A stretch of 63,399 bases of DNA, filler included, from Octopus bimaculoides (lineage: Eukaryota), in NCBI RefSeq assembly GCF_001194135.2. It is 4 parts of 4 records of this genome, joined end to end, with 100 filler letters (N's around TTAATTAATTAA, not from the genome) between each part and the next. Parts side by side here need not be neighbours in the genome. Positions count along the whole stretch, not along the records: positions 41,035 to 57,947 come from NC_068986.1; positions 58,048 to 63,399 come from NC_068982.1; 2 more parts are not named here. One strand, written 5' to 3'. Within the stretch, counting starts at the first letter, position 1. Each line of letters starts with the position of its first letter. The position numbers were made by a program, and so were the translations under genes. Of this stretch, positions 50,382-63,396 are shown piece by piece. Below the pieces are notes generated by a model. That model did no database searches, was not told the origin of the DNA, and worked only from the letters and a program-made list of their open reading frames with translations.

Positions 50382-51448
50382 NNNNNNNNNNNNNNNNNNN
50401 NNNNNNNNNNNNNNNNNNNNNNNNNNNNNNNNNNNNNNNNNNNNNNNNNNNNNNNNNNNNNNNNNNNNNNNNNNNNNNNNNNNNNNNNNNNNNNNNNNNN
50501 NNNNNNNNNNNNNNNNNNNNNNNNNNNNNNNNNNNNNNNNNNNNNNNNNNNNNNNNNNNNNNNNNNNNNNNNNNNNNNNNNNNNNNNNNNNNNNNNNNNN
50601 NNNNNNNNNNNNNNNNNNNNNNNNNNNNNNNNNNNNNNNNNNNNNNNNNNNNNNNNNNNNNNNNNNNNNNNNNNNNNNNNNNNNNNNNNNNNNNNNNNNN
50701 NNNNNNNNNNNNNNNNNNNNNNNNNNNNNNNNNNNNNNNNNNNNNNNNNNNNNNNNNNNNNNNNNNNNNNNNNNNNNNNNNNNNNNNNNNNNNNNNNNNN
50801 NNNNNNNNNNNNATATATACATATATACATATACATATATATATATAAATATATATACACGCACATAGTGAGTGAGAGAAAGCGAAAGAGAGGGACAGTG
50901 TGGGAGAGAGAGAGAGTTGAATATTATAAGCTGATGATTTTGTGTATCGTGCAATGATCACACAAAGCTTCCCTTATGGAGTCGGCTATCAGTTCACACA
51001 GTAATCAGTAACGAAACATGTAACGCAGAGCGTATGCTTCTGATGATCCTTTGTGATTGAATGATAATTTCCTGTAATATTGTCAGAATCTCTCATATAA
51101 CACAATGCTTCAAGTGATATTACTGTATAGTCTTAATAATTCCAAATTAATATTCTATACATTCATTTTCGCCGCCCACTATTCCTGGGACAGTAAGTGG
51201 GATAGACCCCTTCAGTCACCTCCTACACAGGCTCCTATAAAAAGCAATTGCTGTTAAACTCTCCCATTTTATTCCCCAAATTGACTAACAGAGACTATGG
51301 ATATCATCTAGTCATCTTACATATGGTCTAACTCTGGGTGTGCTACCGGTTGGTGCGGCCTGAAGTATCTGTAATATCTTTCTACTCCATTTCACAACAC
51401 TCTGCTCTACCACACACTACTATAGTATGCTTGTTCTCCCCAACTTAC

Positions 51449-51479
51449 CTTCCAATATAAATAGAAAGCCTAACAACAT
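51449..51479 (-). CDS. Candidate short coding exon end (MLLGFLFILE + phase-1 donor), unassigned
   Basis: ATG at 51479-51477, ten codons, then AAG|GTAAGT at 51449/51448. No homology support. Confidence 0.25.
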
Positions 51480-51714
51480 ATATTCCCAGCTGGCTCTTGG
51501 AATACAGCAATCTCTTTCGTAAGATTGTTTAAACGGCAGTAACACCAACAACAGCGTCAACAATAGAGCAGTAGCATTATGTACCCATATCGGTTAAATA
51601 AATAACATAATTGACTGATATATCATTTATCTGACTATGACGAGCAAGATCAATGTTGCTGTGTTAGTTCAAATCTGCACCTATATACATACGTTTGTGT
51701 GTATATACCTATCT

Positions 51715-51780
<66 letters not shown>

Positions 51781-53740
51781 ATATATATATACATATACAT
51801 GCAAACATGCAAACATACATACCTACATACATACATACATACATACATGCGTGCATACATACATGTGTATACATACACATAACATACAAAAGTTGAACAG
51901 TCGTCAAAAAGACAATAACGAAAGATTTACAGACAAGATATGGGCGTGCTCTTTTCTTATCAGTTGACGTCAAAACATCATCATGAAATTAAATGACAAA
52001 AGAAGAAGAAATTGTACAAAGAATTTCATTTGTGAAGAGCTGTTTCTTCTCTATGATGCAGTACGCTCAGATCTGAGTTCTTCTGAATTGCCTTACAGTT
52101 TCCTCGGAGCTTCCAAAGTGAAGTCATTTTGCTTACATATAGGTATAACTTGCAGGCAGAGAACGGATTTTGAAGTATGAAATTTTTGATTTGCTGAGTA
52201 TACTAATTTTCATTCATGAACAGCTTACTGAAATTGAAGTGTCTCAAGGTCTCTGTCCTGTTGTGTGCGCATGATATATATACATATATAAAATTTGGCT
52301 AAGGCCACGTTAATGTGGCCGTCATCTAAGATATGACGATATTGTCATTTAACTCTGGTTTATTTAGTTCGCTTCTCGCACTGTCTATTGCAAACGGGAG
52401 GTAACTCCTGTAATCTTAGCTCTGAGATCACTCGACCATGTGCCGCTAGGCATGGCAGCAGCTTAAACTCTCATGCATATATATATATATATATATATAT
52501 ATANNNNNNNNNNNNNNNNNNNNNNNNNNNNNNNNNNNNNNNNNNNNNNNNNNNNNNNNNNNNNNNNNNNNNNNNNNNNNNNNNNNNNNNNNNNNNNNNN
52601 NNNNNNNNNNNNNNNNNNNNNNNNNNNNNNNNNNNNNNNNNNNNNNNNNNNNNNNNNNNNNNNNNNNNNNNNNNNNNNNNNNNNNNNNNNNNNNNNNNNN
52701 NNNNNNNNNNNNNNNNNNNNNNNNNNNNNNNNNNNNNNNNNNNNNNNNNNNNNNNNNNNNNNNNNNNNNNNNNNNNNNNNNNNNNNNNNNNNNNNNNNNN
52801 NNNNNNNNNNNNNNNNNNNNNNNNNNNNNNNNNNNNNNNNNNNNNNNNNNNNNNNNNNNNNNNNNNNNNNNNNNNNNNNNNNNNNNNNNNNNNNNNNNNN
52901 NNNNNNNNNNNNNNNNNNNNNNNNNNNNNNNNNNNNNNNNNNNNNNNNNNNNNNNNNNNNNNNNNNNNNNNNNNNNNNNNNNNNNNNNNNNNNNNNNNNN
53001 NNNNNNNNNNNNNNNNNNNNNNNNNNNNNNNNNNNNNNNNNNNNNNNNNNNNNNNNNNNNNNNNNNNNNTAAATGTATTTGTGTATATGTATATGCATGT
53101 TCCCAAGATTGATGCATCAAATTCGACTTGAGGTTATGTTAGCCTCATGAAAGGAAATACTGGTTCAATAGCTAAAGTTTTGGGGGAATTTCCTTAAAAT
53201 AATAGGTATATATATATAAAATCATATAGTTCATATTAATATAAAAGAAGAAACAGAAAATGTAGATTTGGAAGTTATTAATTGTTTATTACGAACAACA
53301 ATTGAATCATCATTCTTGCAGCTGTTTCAATTAATACTCAGTTAATTTGACTAAATATTAAATTCTTATGCCCTAAGCTTAAAATATTCAGATGGGCAAA
53401 AATATAACCTTACATGTTTTATATATGTGCTTATGGATACTATCTCCAACCAACCTGCAAAATCTTCACCCGAACACAGTAATACAAATCATGAACAGTA
53501 TCATTCGGTCTGCTATAATGAATCCATAAACACATATATAAAATATCCAAGGGTATATTTTTTCTCTCTGAAGATATTATACCCAGGGCATATGAATTTG
53601 ATATTTAATTAATTCATTGAGTATTATTTAAAACAGCTGTGAGGGATGATGATTGATTTGTTGTTAATAATAAATAATTAACTTCCCAATCTCGATTTTG
53701 TTTTCTTCTTTTCTATGTATATAATATATATATATATATC

Positions 53741-53784
<44 letters not shown>

Positions 53785-53808
53785 NNNNNNNNNNNNNNNN
53801 NNNNNNNN

Positions 53809-53852
<44 letters not shown>

Positions 53853-54299
53853 GTAACAAGCATTCTGGCAATTCCAAGAATAACACTGCTTTACATTGTA
53901 TTATATACACTTACACTACATTACAAATTTTATTTACACTACAATATGCTAGCTTATACTATATTACTTCGTCTCTCTCTACATTGCATTCCATTATACA
54001 CAGAATATTGAACAATACTCGCCGCGGCTCTCAAAATTCAATACTGTATATTTCTTTCATATGACTGTTAAAGAACAACGACTACAATAACAATGACAAC
54101 AGCAACTACAACAACGACAACTACAAGAAAAACAACAATATAAATAAATAAGACTGCAACAGCATTAAAAAGAGGAGCAGTAGCAAATACGGCAGTCTGC
54201 ACAGCTGCAACAACAGAAGAACCAGAAGTGAAAGCAATAACCTTGAGATGTGAATTAATATCGGTTGCTTAAATGAAGCCGAGCCGTAGTCAGGTCACG

Positions 54300-54440
54300 T
54301 TTAAACAATATAGGACCTTGAAGGCGGATTTATAGAAAGTGCATTCGGACCGGACATGAATCATAATAATGTTCATCAATGATTGGCTGTTCTAGGAAAT
54401 TCCTTTTGGCCTTCACCATCTCCTACCGAGCCACGCCCTG
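54300..54440 (-). promoter_or_regulatory. Candidate RNA Pol II promoter: GC box, CCAAT box, TATA box
   Basis: Minus strand: GGGCGTGG 54438-54431, AGCCAATCA 54388-54380, TATAAAT 54334-54328. For a TSS near 54302 these sit at about -130, -80 and -32. Confidence 0.5.
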
Positions 54441-54729
54441 CCCGGGCGTTTGGGACACACGTTGTGGATGAGAGCAAAACAATAAAATAAATTATAGAGG
54501 AGATGCGAGAAAAACAGAGATATAATCACTCAGATAAAGCAAGAAGAGGAGGATGGAGAAGAGAATGAATGGTAATAGTGAGAGAAAAACGAAGAGTTAG
54601 ATCGACAGAGAGAAATAGATAGATATACAGATAGATAGACAAATAGATAGATAGATAGATAGATAGCTAGATAACTTTCTTTTATTAGCCACACAGGGCT
54701 GCACACAGAGGGGACAAATACAGACAGAC

Positions 54730-54788
<59 letters not shown>

Positions 54789-55179
54789 CATTGAGAGAAG
54801 GAGCGGATTGTGGCGGATTATACAGACAAAAATATAACAATGACAAAAGTTATGTCCGTTTAAATGGAGCACAATTTAAACAAACATACGAAATGGCCAC
54901 ATAAATTTGTTGTTTTTGCAGTTGTTGATGTTGTGTTTGTTGTCTGAGTTGTTAATAATATTGCAGTTGTTATTGTTGTAGTTGTTGTGTCTCCTTATTT
55001 AATCCAATTCTGAAGTGACACCACTCATACCATTACCGGAATACCACCAATATTGATATGGCAGTTTTATCTCTATCCGAATTCTTCGTCATCCTCGAGA
55101 AGAGAGCCATCGTTCTTCATCATCACCATCATGGTCATCATCACCATCAATATACCCCTCCTCCTTCTCGACCCACCTT

Positions 55180-56075
55180 CGCCTCTCTGTCATCCCCTCA
55201 TCCACTTCCACTCTCTCTCATCCACTTCCACTCTCTCTCCTACCCTTCTTCTTCTTCTTCTTCTTCTTCTTCTTCTTCTTCTTCTTCTTCTTCTTCTTCT
55301 TCTTCTTCTTCTTCTTCTTCTTCTCCTGCTTCTTCTTCTTCTTCTTCTTCCCACCTTTTTCTCCTTTTCTCCCCCCGTTTCTCTTCCACCTCTTCTGCCT
55401 CCACCCCCCCTCTTTAGTTCTTTCTCTCTTCCTCCTCCTATTTCTTCCACTTCCACTTCAATTCTTCTTCCTTTTCTTCCTCTCCATCTTCTCCTCTCCT
55501 CCCCTCCCCTCTTTTCTTTATCTTCCTCATTTTCTTCTCTTCAGCTTCCTCTTCCTCCTCCCCTCATCTCCTGCCTTCTTTTTCTCTTCTTCCTTCCTTT
55601 TCTTTATCTTCCTCTTCCTGTCCCCTCCAGTCCCACTTCCTCATCCACTTTTCCTCCCATTCTCCTTTCCTTCCCCATCCTTCCTTACCCTTTGTCATCT
55701 CCACCCTTCCCCTCCATTCCCTCCTCCCTTTCCTCTACTCTGGCTCTTCCCTTCCACTTCCTTTCCTCTTCCGTCCCCCGTCTTCACCTCCTCTTTCTCT
55801 CCTCGTCGTTTTCCTCTTCTTCCTTCCTCCTTGCTTTCCTTCCTCCTTGCTCTCCTTCATCCTTGCTCTCCTTCCTCGTTGCTCTTCTTCATCCTTGCTC
55901 TCCTTCCTTCTTGCTTTCCTTCATCCTTGCTCTCCTTCCTCCTTGCTCTCCTTCCTCCTTGCTCTCCTCTCTCTTCCTCTCATTCCTCCTTTCTCCTCCT
56001 CTTTTTCTCCACTCCTCCTCTCTCTTCTTTCCTTTCTCTTCCTTATCTCCTCCTCGTTCTCCTCCATCCTCCTCA
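55180..56075. repeat. Polypyrimidine tract: (TTC)n 55245-55350 and ~33-bp tandem units at 55830-55960
   Basis: Direct reading; the 344-aa L/S/P ORF is its by-product. Confidence 0.93.
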
Positions 56076-56137
56076 TTATTAATGTAATAATATTCACTAT
56101 CAACATAACCTTTAATGTTAAAATATATAATCAAAGT

Positions 56138-56282
56138 AAAGCGGAGAGCTGGCGGAAACGTTAGCACGCCGGGCAAAAACGCTTAGCGGTATTTCGTCTG
56201 TCTGTACGTTCTGAGTTCAAATTCCGCTGAGGACGACTTCGCCTTTCAACTTTTCGGGGTCGATAAATTAAGTACTAGTCCC
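56138..56282 (+). mobile_element. tRNA-derived SINE, family B
   Basis: A box agctggcggaaacgttag, B box gagttcaaattcc. Confidence 0.85.
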
Positions 56283-56284
56283 TG

Positions 56285-56612
56285 AATAAAGGTTGTTTAA
56301 TTCCAAATGTGAATTATCCAAACCCCAGAGAATTCCACTCAACAATTATCCAAACCCCAAAGAATTCCTCTCAAAGATTTCCTCTCTGTAGCTATAATGC
56401 TCCTCCACTACTTCTGCTCGTGATCAGAGATGCACACATCATCAACCACCAAGGGACATGCTCAACTGGTTCAGGTCAAACAACTGACAAGCAAATGTGT
56501 GGTATTGAGCAGATGTAACCCATCTTTTATACCAAGATAAAACAATGTGCTTGATAACACTTCCAATCATTTATGATCAGAAGACATCAGGGTCACTGCC
56601 TGGTACTGCATC
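56285..56612 (-). mobile_element. Family E repeat, inverted copy of 25905-26200
   Basis: ctacttctgctcgtgatcagagatgcac...agggacatgctcaactggtt..ggtcaaacaactgacaagcaaat matches the reverse complement of 25990-26100. Confidence 0.75.
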
Positions 56613-56757
56613 AAGTCGCCGCCATCGTCGTCGTCGTCGTCGTCCTTGTCGTCGTCATCGACGTCGTCATCATGATCATCATGATCATCATCATCATCAT
56701 CATCATCATTATTATTATTATTATTATTATTATTAATACTACAACTACTACTACTAC

Positions 56758-56790
<33 letters not shown>

Positions 56791-56799
56791 CAACATGAC

Positions 56800-57175
56800 G
56801 GCAGTGAGCTGGCAGAAACATTAGCACACCGGGGAAAATAGCTTGCGGCATTTGGTCCGTCTTTACGTTCTGAGTTCAAATTCTGCCGAAGTCGATTGTG
56901 TCTTTCATCATTTCGGTGACGATAAATCAAGTACCAGTGAAACACTAGGGTCGACATAATCGACTAGTTCCCACCCCACCAAATTGCAGGCATTGTGCCT
57001 TTAGTAGAAAGTATCATTATTATTATTATTCTGCTGAGGTCGACTTTGCCTTTCATCCTTTCAGGGCCAATAAATCAAGTACCAATGAAATACTGGGGTC
57101 GATGAAATGGACTAGTCCTCTCACCTAAAATTTCAGGCTTTGTGTCTATAGTAGAAGGGATTATTATTATTATTG
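56800..57175 (+). mobile_element. SINE family B copy plus a 5'-truncated tandem copy, each with an (ATT)n tail
   Basis: Same head and B box as 56138; the second copy starts at 57031. Confidence 0.85.
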
Positions 57176-57915
57176 TTGTTATTGTTGTGTGTTTGTGGAT
57201 AAGTATATACATATTCGAATATATTCACTGACTGCAACGAGGTGAAAAACAAAAGCTAGCATTTAATGAAATAAACCAAAATGAAATTTCAAGGAAAATT
57301 CGCCATTTTCAAATTCAAGAATAGAGCAGAAGTGAACAAAATGATTGGCATCTCTGTGACAGCGCAGGAAGTTAAGATATAATAATTAACCGTCAATAAA
57401 TCCTATTCTGCATAGAAAATATTTAAGATTCCCATAAAGAATATCAAACCATTTTCTGGGCTTTTATACATAAATGTAAATTGAATGTAAAAATAGGAGA
57501 TTTTCAACGAGCATAATATTTCTCTTATTCCTTTAAAGTGGCTGATGTTTAGTTGTTGTTATCTTCCTTAAATCTTTTGGCATTTCTCAAATAAAATATA
57601 AATTGTAGGCAATAGGATTTGATAGCTCACACATAAGCATGCACTTCCCTACTCATACTTATATATAAACATACACAAACGAAAAAATAAACGCAAATAT
57701 TCACATTAACAGCATGCGAATACATATATGCAGAAATACACATACCGGCATATATACATATATAATTTTGTGTATGCATATACGTTTTCACACAAACACG
57801 CATCTATATATATATTTATGTATAAACATGTAATTATATTTATCTCTTTATTTGTAGATTTATTTATATAAAACATATGGTGTATATATATATTTGAATG
57901 TGTTTATATATATGC

Positions 57916-57947
<32 letters not shown>

Positions 57948-58047
57948 NNNNNNNNNNNNNNNNNNNNNNNNNNNNNNNNNNNNNNNNNNNNTTAATTAAT
58001 TAANNNNNNNNNNNNNNNNNNNNNNNNNNNNNNNNNNNNNNNNNNNN
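57948..58047. other. Artificial scaffold-join linker
   Basis: 44 N + TTAATTAATTAA + 44 N. Confidence 0.95.
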
Positions 58048-58119
58048 TATATATATATATGCATATATGGGTACATGACGTCACAACACGTAAACAACAG
58101 GAAATACGAAATACGAAAA

Positions 58120-58374
58120 CGACATGAAATACGAAGACAAACTTGGGTATGCAAATAGCGAGAGAAATAAATGGAAAATAAGACAAGTAACATAAAGAAC
58201 GACCTGTCATCAGTTGTCGGCTGTCCATCTACTTCTCATTTCGAGCCGGAATGAATGAGTAGTAGATGGACATCCGAAAACTGATGACAGGTCGTTTTTA
58301 TGTTACTTGGCCTTGTTTTCCATTTGTTTCTCTCATTCTTTACATACCCAAGTTTGTCTTCGTATTTCATGTTG
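58120..58374. repeat. Long inverted repeat (foldback), ~118-bp arms, 13-nt loop
   Basis: catgaaatacgaagacaaacttgggtatg...gtccatctacttctcatt (58123-58240) is inverted at 58254-58371. Confidence 0.92.
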
Positions 58375-59544
58375 AGAATATGTTGTCTATTGACTTTTTA
58401 TACATGATAGGCCACTGGTAGCAAAATTTCTAAAAGAACTCACTACCCGATATTTTACGTATCTATGTATCTATCTATCTATATATATATATATATATAT
58501 ATAAGTCAGTAAATAGTGGGGTTGTGTTAACCGNNNNNNNNNNCATACATACATACATACATACATACATACATACCCTGTTGATGTTGTTGAAATTCCT
58601 ATAAAGGAGCCTTTCATCTAGGTTAGTAACCAGCTCTTACTCTATTGGCAAGAAATCTCGAAATAAAAACGGAATAATGACATACATACACAAGAAATTA
58701 CATTCTACATAACACGAAAATATTACGTTGACATAAACTGAAGTGAATCAGGACAACTACGAATCTTCTTCGTAACCTAGAAAGTATTTGTTACTTAAAT
58801 TAGTTTTGGTGGAATAACCCTGAAGGACTTTCGATTTTGACGGCCACAGAACAGAGATTTTGTCTGAATTATGGTCCTGCTCAGCTTCAAGCTCAGTACT
58901 TTTCGAACTTCATATGTTCTTTTAGTCGAAGTGTTTATATGTATGCATGTATGTATGTATGTATGTATTTGTATGTGTATATGTGTGTATGTATGTATGC
59001 ATGCATGCATGCACGTTCTCTTTTATTTCCAACTATTTGAAATGTTCCTCTAAGGAAGGAACCTTTTCTAACAAAGATACAAAGCTCCGTCGTTGATATG
59101 TTGATAACAAAAACAACTTACATGTTTTAACTTGTATTTGTAATGTGCGAGTTAGAGAGTTGATTTGTTTTTTCTGAAAACCCTAGCTTATTCAGCTTCT
59201 TACTTAGAAAACCAAGTGCACCATGTAATACTGATATAAATGTGAATATATAATAGAATCTACGGGTTTCAGTTATCAGTAGTTATCTCCTCTTCCTTTG
59301 ATATTCAAAGAATTATTCACATCAGTAGTGCAGCTGACCTCTATGAGACTACATACATATTCTTGTCTGTCTCAAACAACAATATCCGGCCCGTTAAGTT
59401 TACACTACTTTAAGCGACTTGCCGTCTCTCACTTTCACTGACACAAGCATTTCGTGGTTGAATACTTGCAGCTCTGTTTTCTTTGAGTTACAGTACAATC
59501 CTATCTTCCCCTATTCCTGCTGTAATCTGCTCAGCACCTCCTGA

Positions 59545-60095
59545 AAAAGATATCGTCGCAAAGAAAGCTCTTGCCTGGAGCGCATGCCGCAAATTGAGAA
59601 AGGTATGAAGTTTAAAGTTAATAAGGAAATTGAAAGTAAGATTGTTTCTGGCAACAGTGGAGTCTGTTCTTCTATACGGGGCTGAAACATGAACGCTCAC
59701 TAAAGCATTGAAGAAGCAGTTGGACAGTTGTGATACGAGGATGCTTAGAATGGCACTGAATGTCTCCTGGAAGAGTCATACAACAAATGCCGACTTATAC
59801 CAAGGACTACCAAAAGTAACATTGAATATACAGCATAGAAGGACGAGGCTAGTTGGACACTGCATCAGACATACCGATGAAATTGCTAACAAGCTAGTGC
59901 TCTGGCAACCAACGGAAGGAAGAACCAGGAAAGGAAGGAGGAAGACGACCAGTATCGACAACTTACAGGAGGATACTGGTATGGAAGGGGTACAGGAGCT
60001 GAGAACCATTATGGAAGATCGAGATTAGTAGGAAAACATGTGGAAACAGTCTTGGGGCGTCTTGAAGGACGACTTAGACGGACAGACAGACTGAG
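59545..60095 (+). mobile_element. RTE-like LINE ORF2 C-terminal fragment
   Basis: KKALAWSACRKL...KVRLFLATVESVLLYGAET*TLTKALKKQLDSCDTRMLRMALNVSWK...RLVGHCIRH...KLVLWQP...RKGRRKTT...MEDRD. Confidence 0.88.
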
Positions 60096-60184
60096 AGATG
60101 GATAAGTTTACACTTTACAATAGTTTTGATGGGTATGTTCCACCGGAATCCCTTACGTTAATGTTTGGTTATGTATCAGATGAC

Positions 60185-60880
60185 AGGGGGATTCTCTATA
60201 CAAGGTATTTGGAATAAATTTGACCATATTTTTATGTCTCCTTTTATCAAGAACAGGTTGATGCATTGGAGAGCATAAGGATTAAAGTTGTTGAGAAAAA
60301 GGTAGCTGATATGGAGGACTGGAAGACATCTGAGTATTGGAAAAGGGTTACTTGTATTATGATGATTTGCGCCGGGTATCAAAATTCCGACATCATGACT
60401 GCTGCTGAATGTTCTGTGAACACTGTAAAGACTGTAAAACGTGACATGAACATCATATGAAAACCAAGTTACCTCAGACTGTGATGGTCTTTGGGCGTGT
60501 CTCCAGTGCGAGTACGTCATGCTGGCCAACATCTTTGAACAGGGCATCTGATTCCATTCAGGAGAAGCTATGTGAATCTGATAGAAACTGGTCAACCCTG
60601 GCTGGAGACGGTTTCAGCCGGAAGATCATATGTGTGGAAGCAGGATCCGGTTACTTGCCATACCTCCGAAAACAGTCAGTCGTGATTGTCGGAGAATTTC
60701 TATGACTTTACCAGCTCCAATGTCTGCCTTCCTAATTCCTTCGATTGTAATCTTATTGGTTATTATGTATGAGGCACAGTTGAGAAAGACACCAACCGGT
60801 TTGCTTGCAACACCAAGGCCGAGATAGTGGCCAAGATCAAGGAAGCGTTCGAAGATCTTCCTAGGTGTACAGTGAAGTCA
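60185..60880 (+). mobile_element. Tc1/mariner maT-type (DD37D) transposase relic, internally deleted
   Basis: IMMICAGYQNSDIMTAAECSVNTVK; KLPQTVMVFGRVSS; YVWKQD-(37 aa)-G (GGT in place of GAT)-YYV*GTVEKDTNR...NTKAEIVAKIKEAF. Confidence 0.82.
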
Positions 60881-61904
60881 TTTTATATATAAGAATATAT
60901 TGCTAATTTAACATCTTAAAATAATTTTGGCGGGTTATAGTTCAAGACAGTTCGCGTTGGCCTAACACGAGGGAATTCGGTTTCAATCAAAATTCAATCA
61001 TTTTGTGAGGGTTAACATTGCTTATTCATATTCAGCCAGAATATTAAGAACAAGTAATTTTATACAATTAGCTATTATTCTCTCTATTACAAGTATGACC
61101 TTGAGGCAAAATCATGTTGAATTGGTTTATGTTAATGTTGAGCAGTAATGTCATTGAAAACAATTATACGTATATGTACTTACGTCTGTTATTACTTGTA
61201 TGTGCATATATTATGCTGTATAAGTTATAAGTTGTTGCTAGCAACCAAACGAAAAGGAATTCGGGCACGTTTATGCATAATTGAGTGGGGGGAAATAAAT
61301 AAATGACTGGGTGTAGTTAAAGTTAAATTGATTCAAACACACTACAAAATTAATAAGAAAACGAATATAACACATATAAATATATATATATAAATAGAAA
61401 ATTATAAGCTCACGAAATTATATGTTAGCAATTTTCATCAAAATTTTTATATAAATTGCAAATTATGCAAATCACCTTTACTTACATGAAAGAATATATT
61501 TTATCGTAGGAGCTCCCGGGACGGAAGTGCAATTTTCCTAATCGGTTTCAGAGAGATAAAATGAGGTTTAAATAGTTTGAAAATGTTGAGTAGGAATGCT
61601 GGAGCTTAGTGCATTGTAAGAACTTATGGGAGCAGAGAAAAATATGTATAATTAAATTCTTGGACTAAGGTAGCCTATGTAAGACTTAGCGCAGGTCTTA
61701 CTGCAAAAGATCGGCACGGTGATGGAGTGTAGCCAATAAAGTCTGATAAATAATACCTGTTTTCCTTGTAGCACTAAAAGTACAGACTGAACACAACGTA
61801 ATAATGCACCAATGTTTGAAGAATATCTACAAGGTATAAATTCTTATACATATATGTGTGTGCATATAGATATATGCATTCGTACATTCATACAGACGTA
61901 CATT

Positions 61905-61986
<82 letters not shown>
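61905..61986. repeat. (TA)n microsatellite
   Basis: Direct reading. Confidence 0.97.
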
Positions 61987-61990
<4 letters not shown>

Positions 61991-62084
61991 CTAAATATAA
62001 GTAAATTCCTAAGAAAATATTTTATTACTTAGAGGTAATACGTAAACACATTTCAATAACGATAAATTTTGATAGCAGACGCAA

Positions 62085-62412
62085 ATATAATTAGTATTCC
62101 ATCGGTTTCGCCGACTAGGGTTCCAGTTGATCCGATCAACGGAACAGCTTGCTCGTGAAATTAATGTGCAAGTGGCTGAGCACGCCACAGATACGCGTAC
62201 CCTCAACGTAGTTCCCAGTGTGATTCAACGTGACACAGAATGTGACAAGGCCGGCCCCTTGAAATACAGGTACCACCCATTTTTACCAGCTGAGTGGATT
62301 GGAGCAAAGTAAAGTGTCTTGTTCAAGGACACAACGCGCCGCTGGGAATCTAAATCTTGACCTTACAGTTGTGAGCCGAATACCCTTAATCACTAACCCA
62401 CGTGCCTTCACT
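62085..62412 (-). mobile_element. Near full-length tRNA-derived SINE, family C
   Basis: Reverse complement: gtgaaggcacgtgggttagtg...ttgtgtccttgaacaagacacttta...tccactcagctggtaaaaatg...ctcagccacttgcacattaatttcacgagc...ggatcaactggaaccc. Confidence 0.88.
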
Positions 62413-62619
62413 AGACGCAAGTATAGCTGTGTAGTTAATAAGTCTTTTTCGCAACCGCAGGGTTTTGTGTTAAGTTCCACTGCACAGCACCTCGGAAGAG
62501 TAACTTCTTTTGTAACCTCAAACCGCCCCTTGTCTTGCAAATAAATCTGGTGTACGGAAGCCCGTCACTTAAGTGTGTGTGTGAATTAGGATTGTGCGAA
62601 TATTACCAAAACATTCTCA

Positions 62620-62925
62620 GGATACGGGACCAGATACTGCAACAGCTTGGACTTCAATGGCCCACTGCTCTGCGATATCCTCTCTCTAAGCCTAAGAGAC
62701 CTGTACGGCGGGGATGTAGGCGTTTTCAAAACAAAACTGGATCTCTTTCTACACAAGTGTCGGATGAACCTACCTCAAGGCAAAAAACACAGATAAGGGT
62801 AGCAACGTCAAAGTCCCTTATTCACCAAATGTCACACATCAAAGGAGGGTTAGTGAAAATGTAGCAAAGTAAACGGCAGTGCCCCAGCATGGCCACAGCC
62901 CTAGGACTGAAACTAAAAAGAAAAA
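62620..62925 (+). mobile_element. CR1-like LINE 3' end
   Basis: TRYCNSLDFNGPLLCDILSLSLRDLYGGDVGVFKTKLDLFLHK / DEPTSRQKTQIRVATSKSLIHQ, then gtgccccagcatggccacagc UTR. Confidence 0.8.
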
Positions 62926-63225
62926 CAGAGAGTAAAAAATACATATACATACATATATATATACAAAAATAAGAGGAATGACCAGCAAAAGTGGACTCCT
63001 ATATGCTAGAAATAGATGCCGAATCATCTAACCACGAAAAATATGTTCTCAGTAAAGATTTAGCGACACAACAGACTGTAAAAGGGCAAGACAAACGAAA
63101 AAATACTAAATAAAAAAACGATTAACCTACGTACCATGGTTTTACCTGTTAAAATTTACATAAGTAAATATCTGCAGGATCATCAGCGTAGTCTGTCGAT
63201 TTATAAAATATAATTTCCAGAACAA

Positions 63226-63396
63226 GACACAAGACGTCCACCCGAAAGGGTGCACGTGTAAATTAGCTGCAAAAATTTATTAACTGCAGAGTTATTTCCG
63301 GACTTAGCGCGCCAGATTGAAGATATTTGAAAGGATACACTGAATGTAATATGTAGAACTCTACACGTGCTCCATTTCGGGTGGACGTCTTGTGTC
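63226..63396. mobile_element. 171-bp MITE with 35-bp TIRs (2 mismatches)
   Basis: gacacaagacgtccacccgaaagggtgcacgtgta (63226-63260) is inverted at 63362-63396; TA follows the right end. Confidence 0.9.

Noticed and set aside
51965-51972. Perfect CRE palindrome TGACGTCA
   Set aside because: About one occurrence of an 8-mer is expected per 63 kb, and there is no supporting context.
2116-53131. Long ORFs in the track (up to 409 aa) that contain X runs or HTHT/CVCV/YIYI/ERER/LLLL
   Set aside because: They are translations of N gaps and di-, tri- or tetranucleotide repeats, not genes.
55053-56087. 344-aa Leu/Ser/Pro-rich ORF as a mucin- or extensin-like gene
   Set aside because: C/T-only sequence cannot encode stop codons, so the open frame is a compositional artefact.
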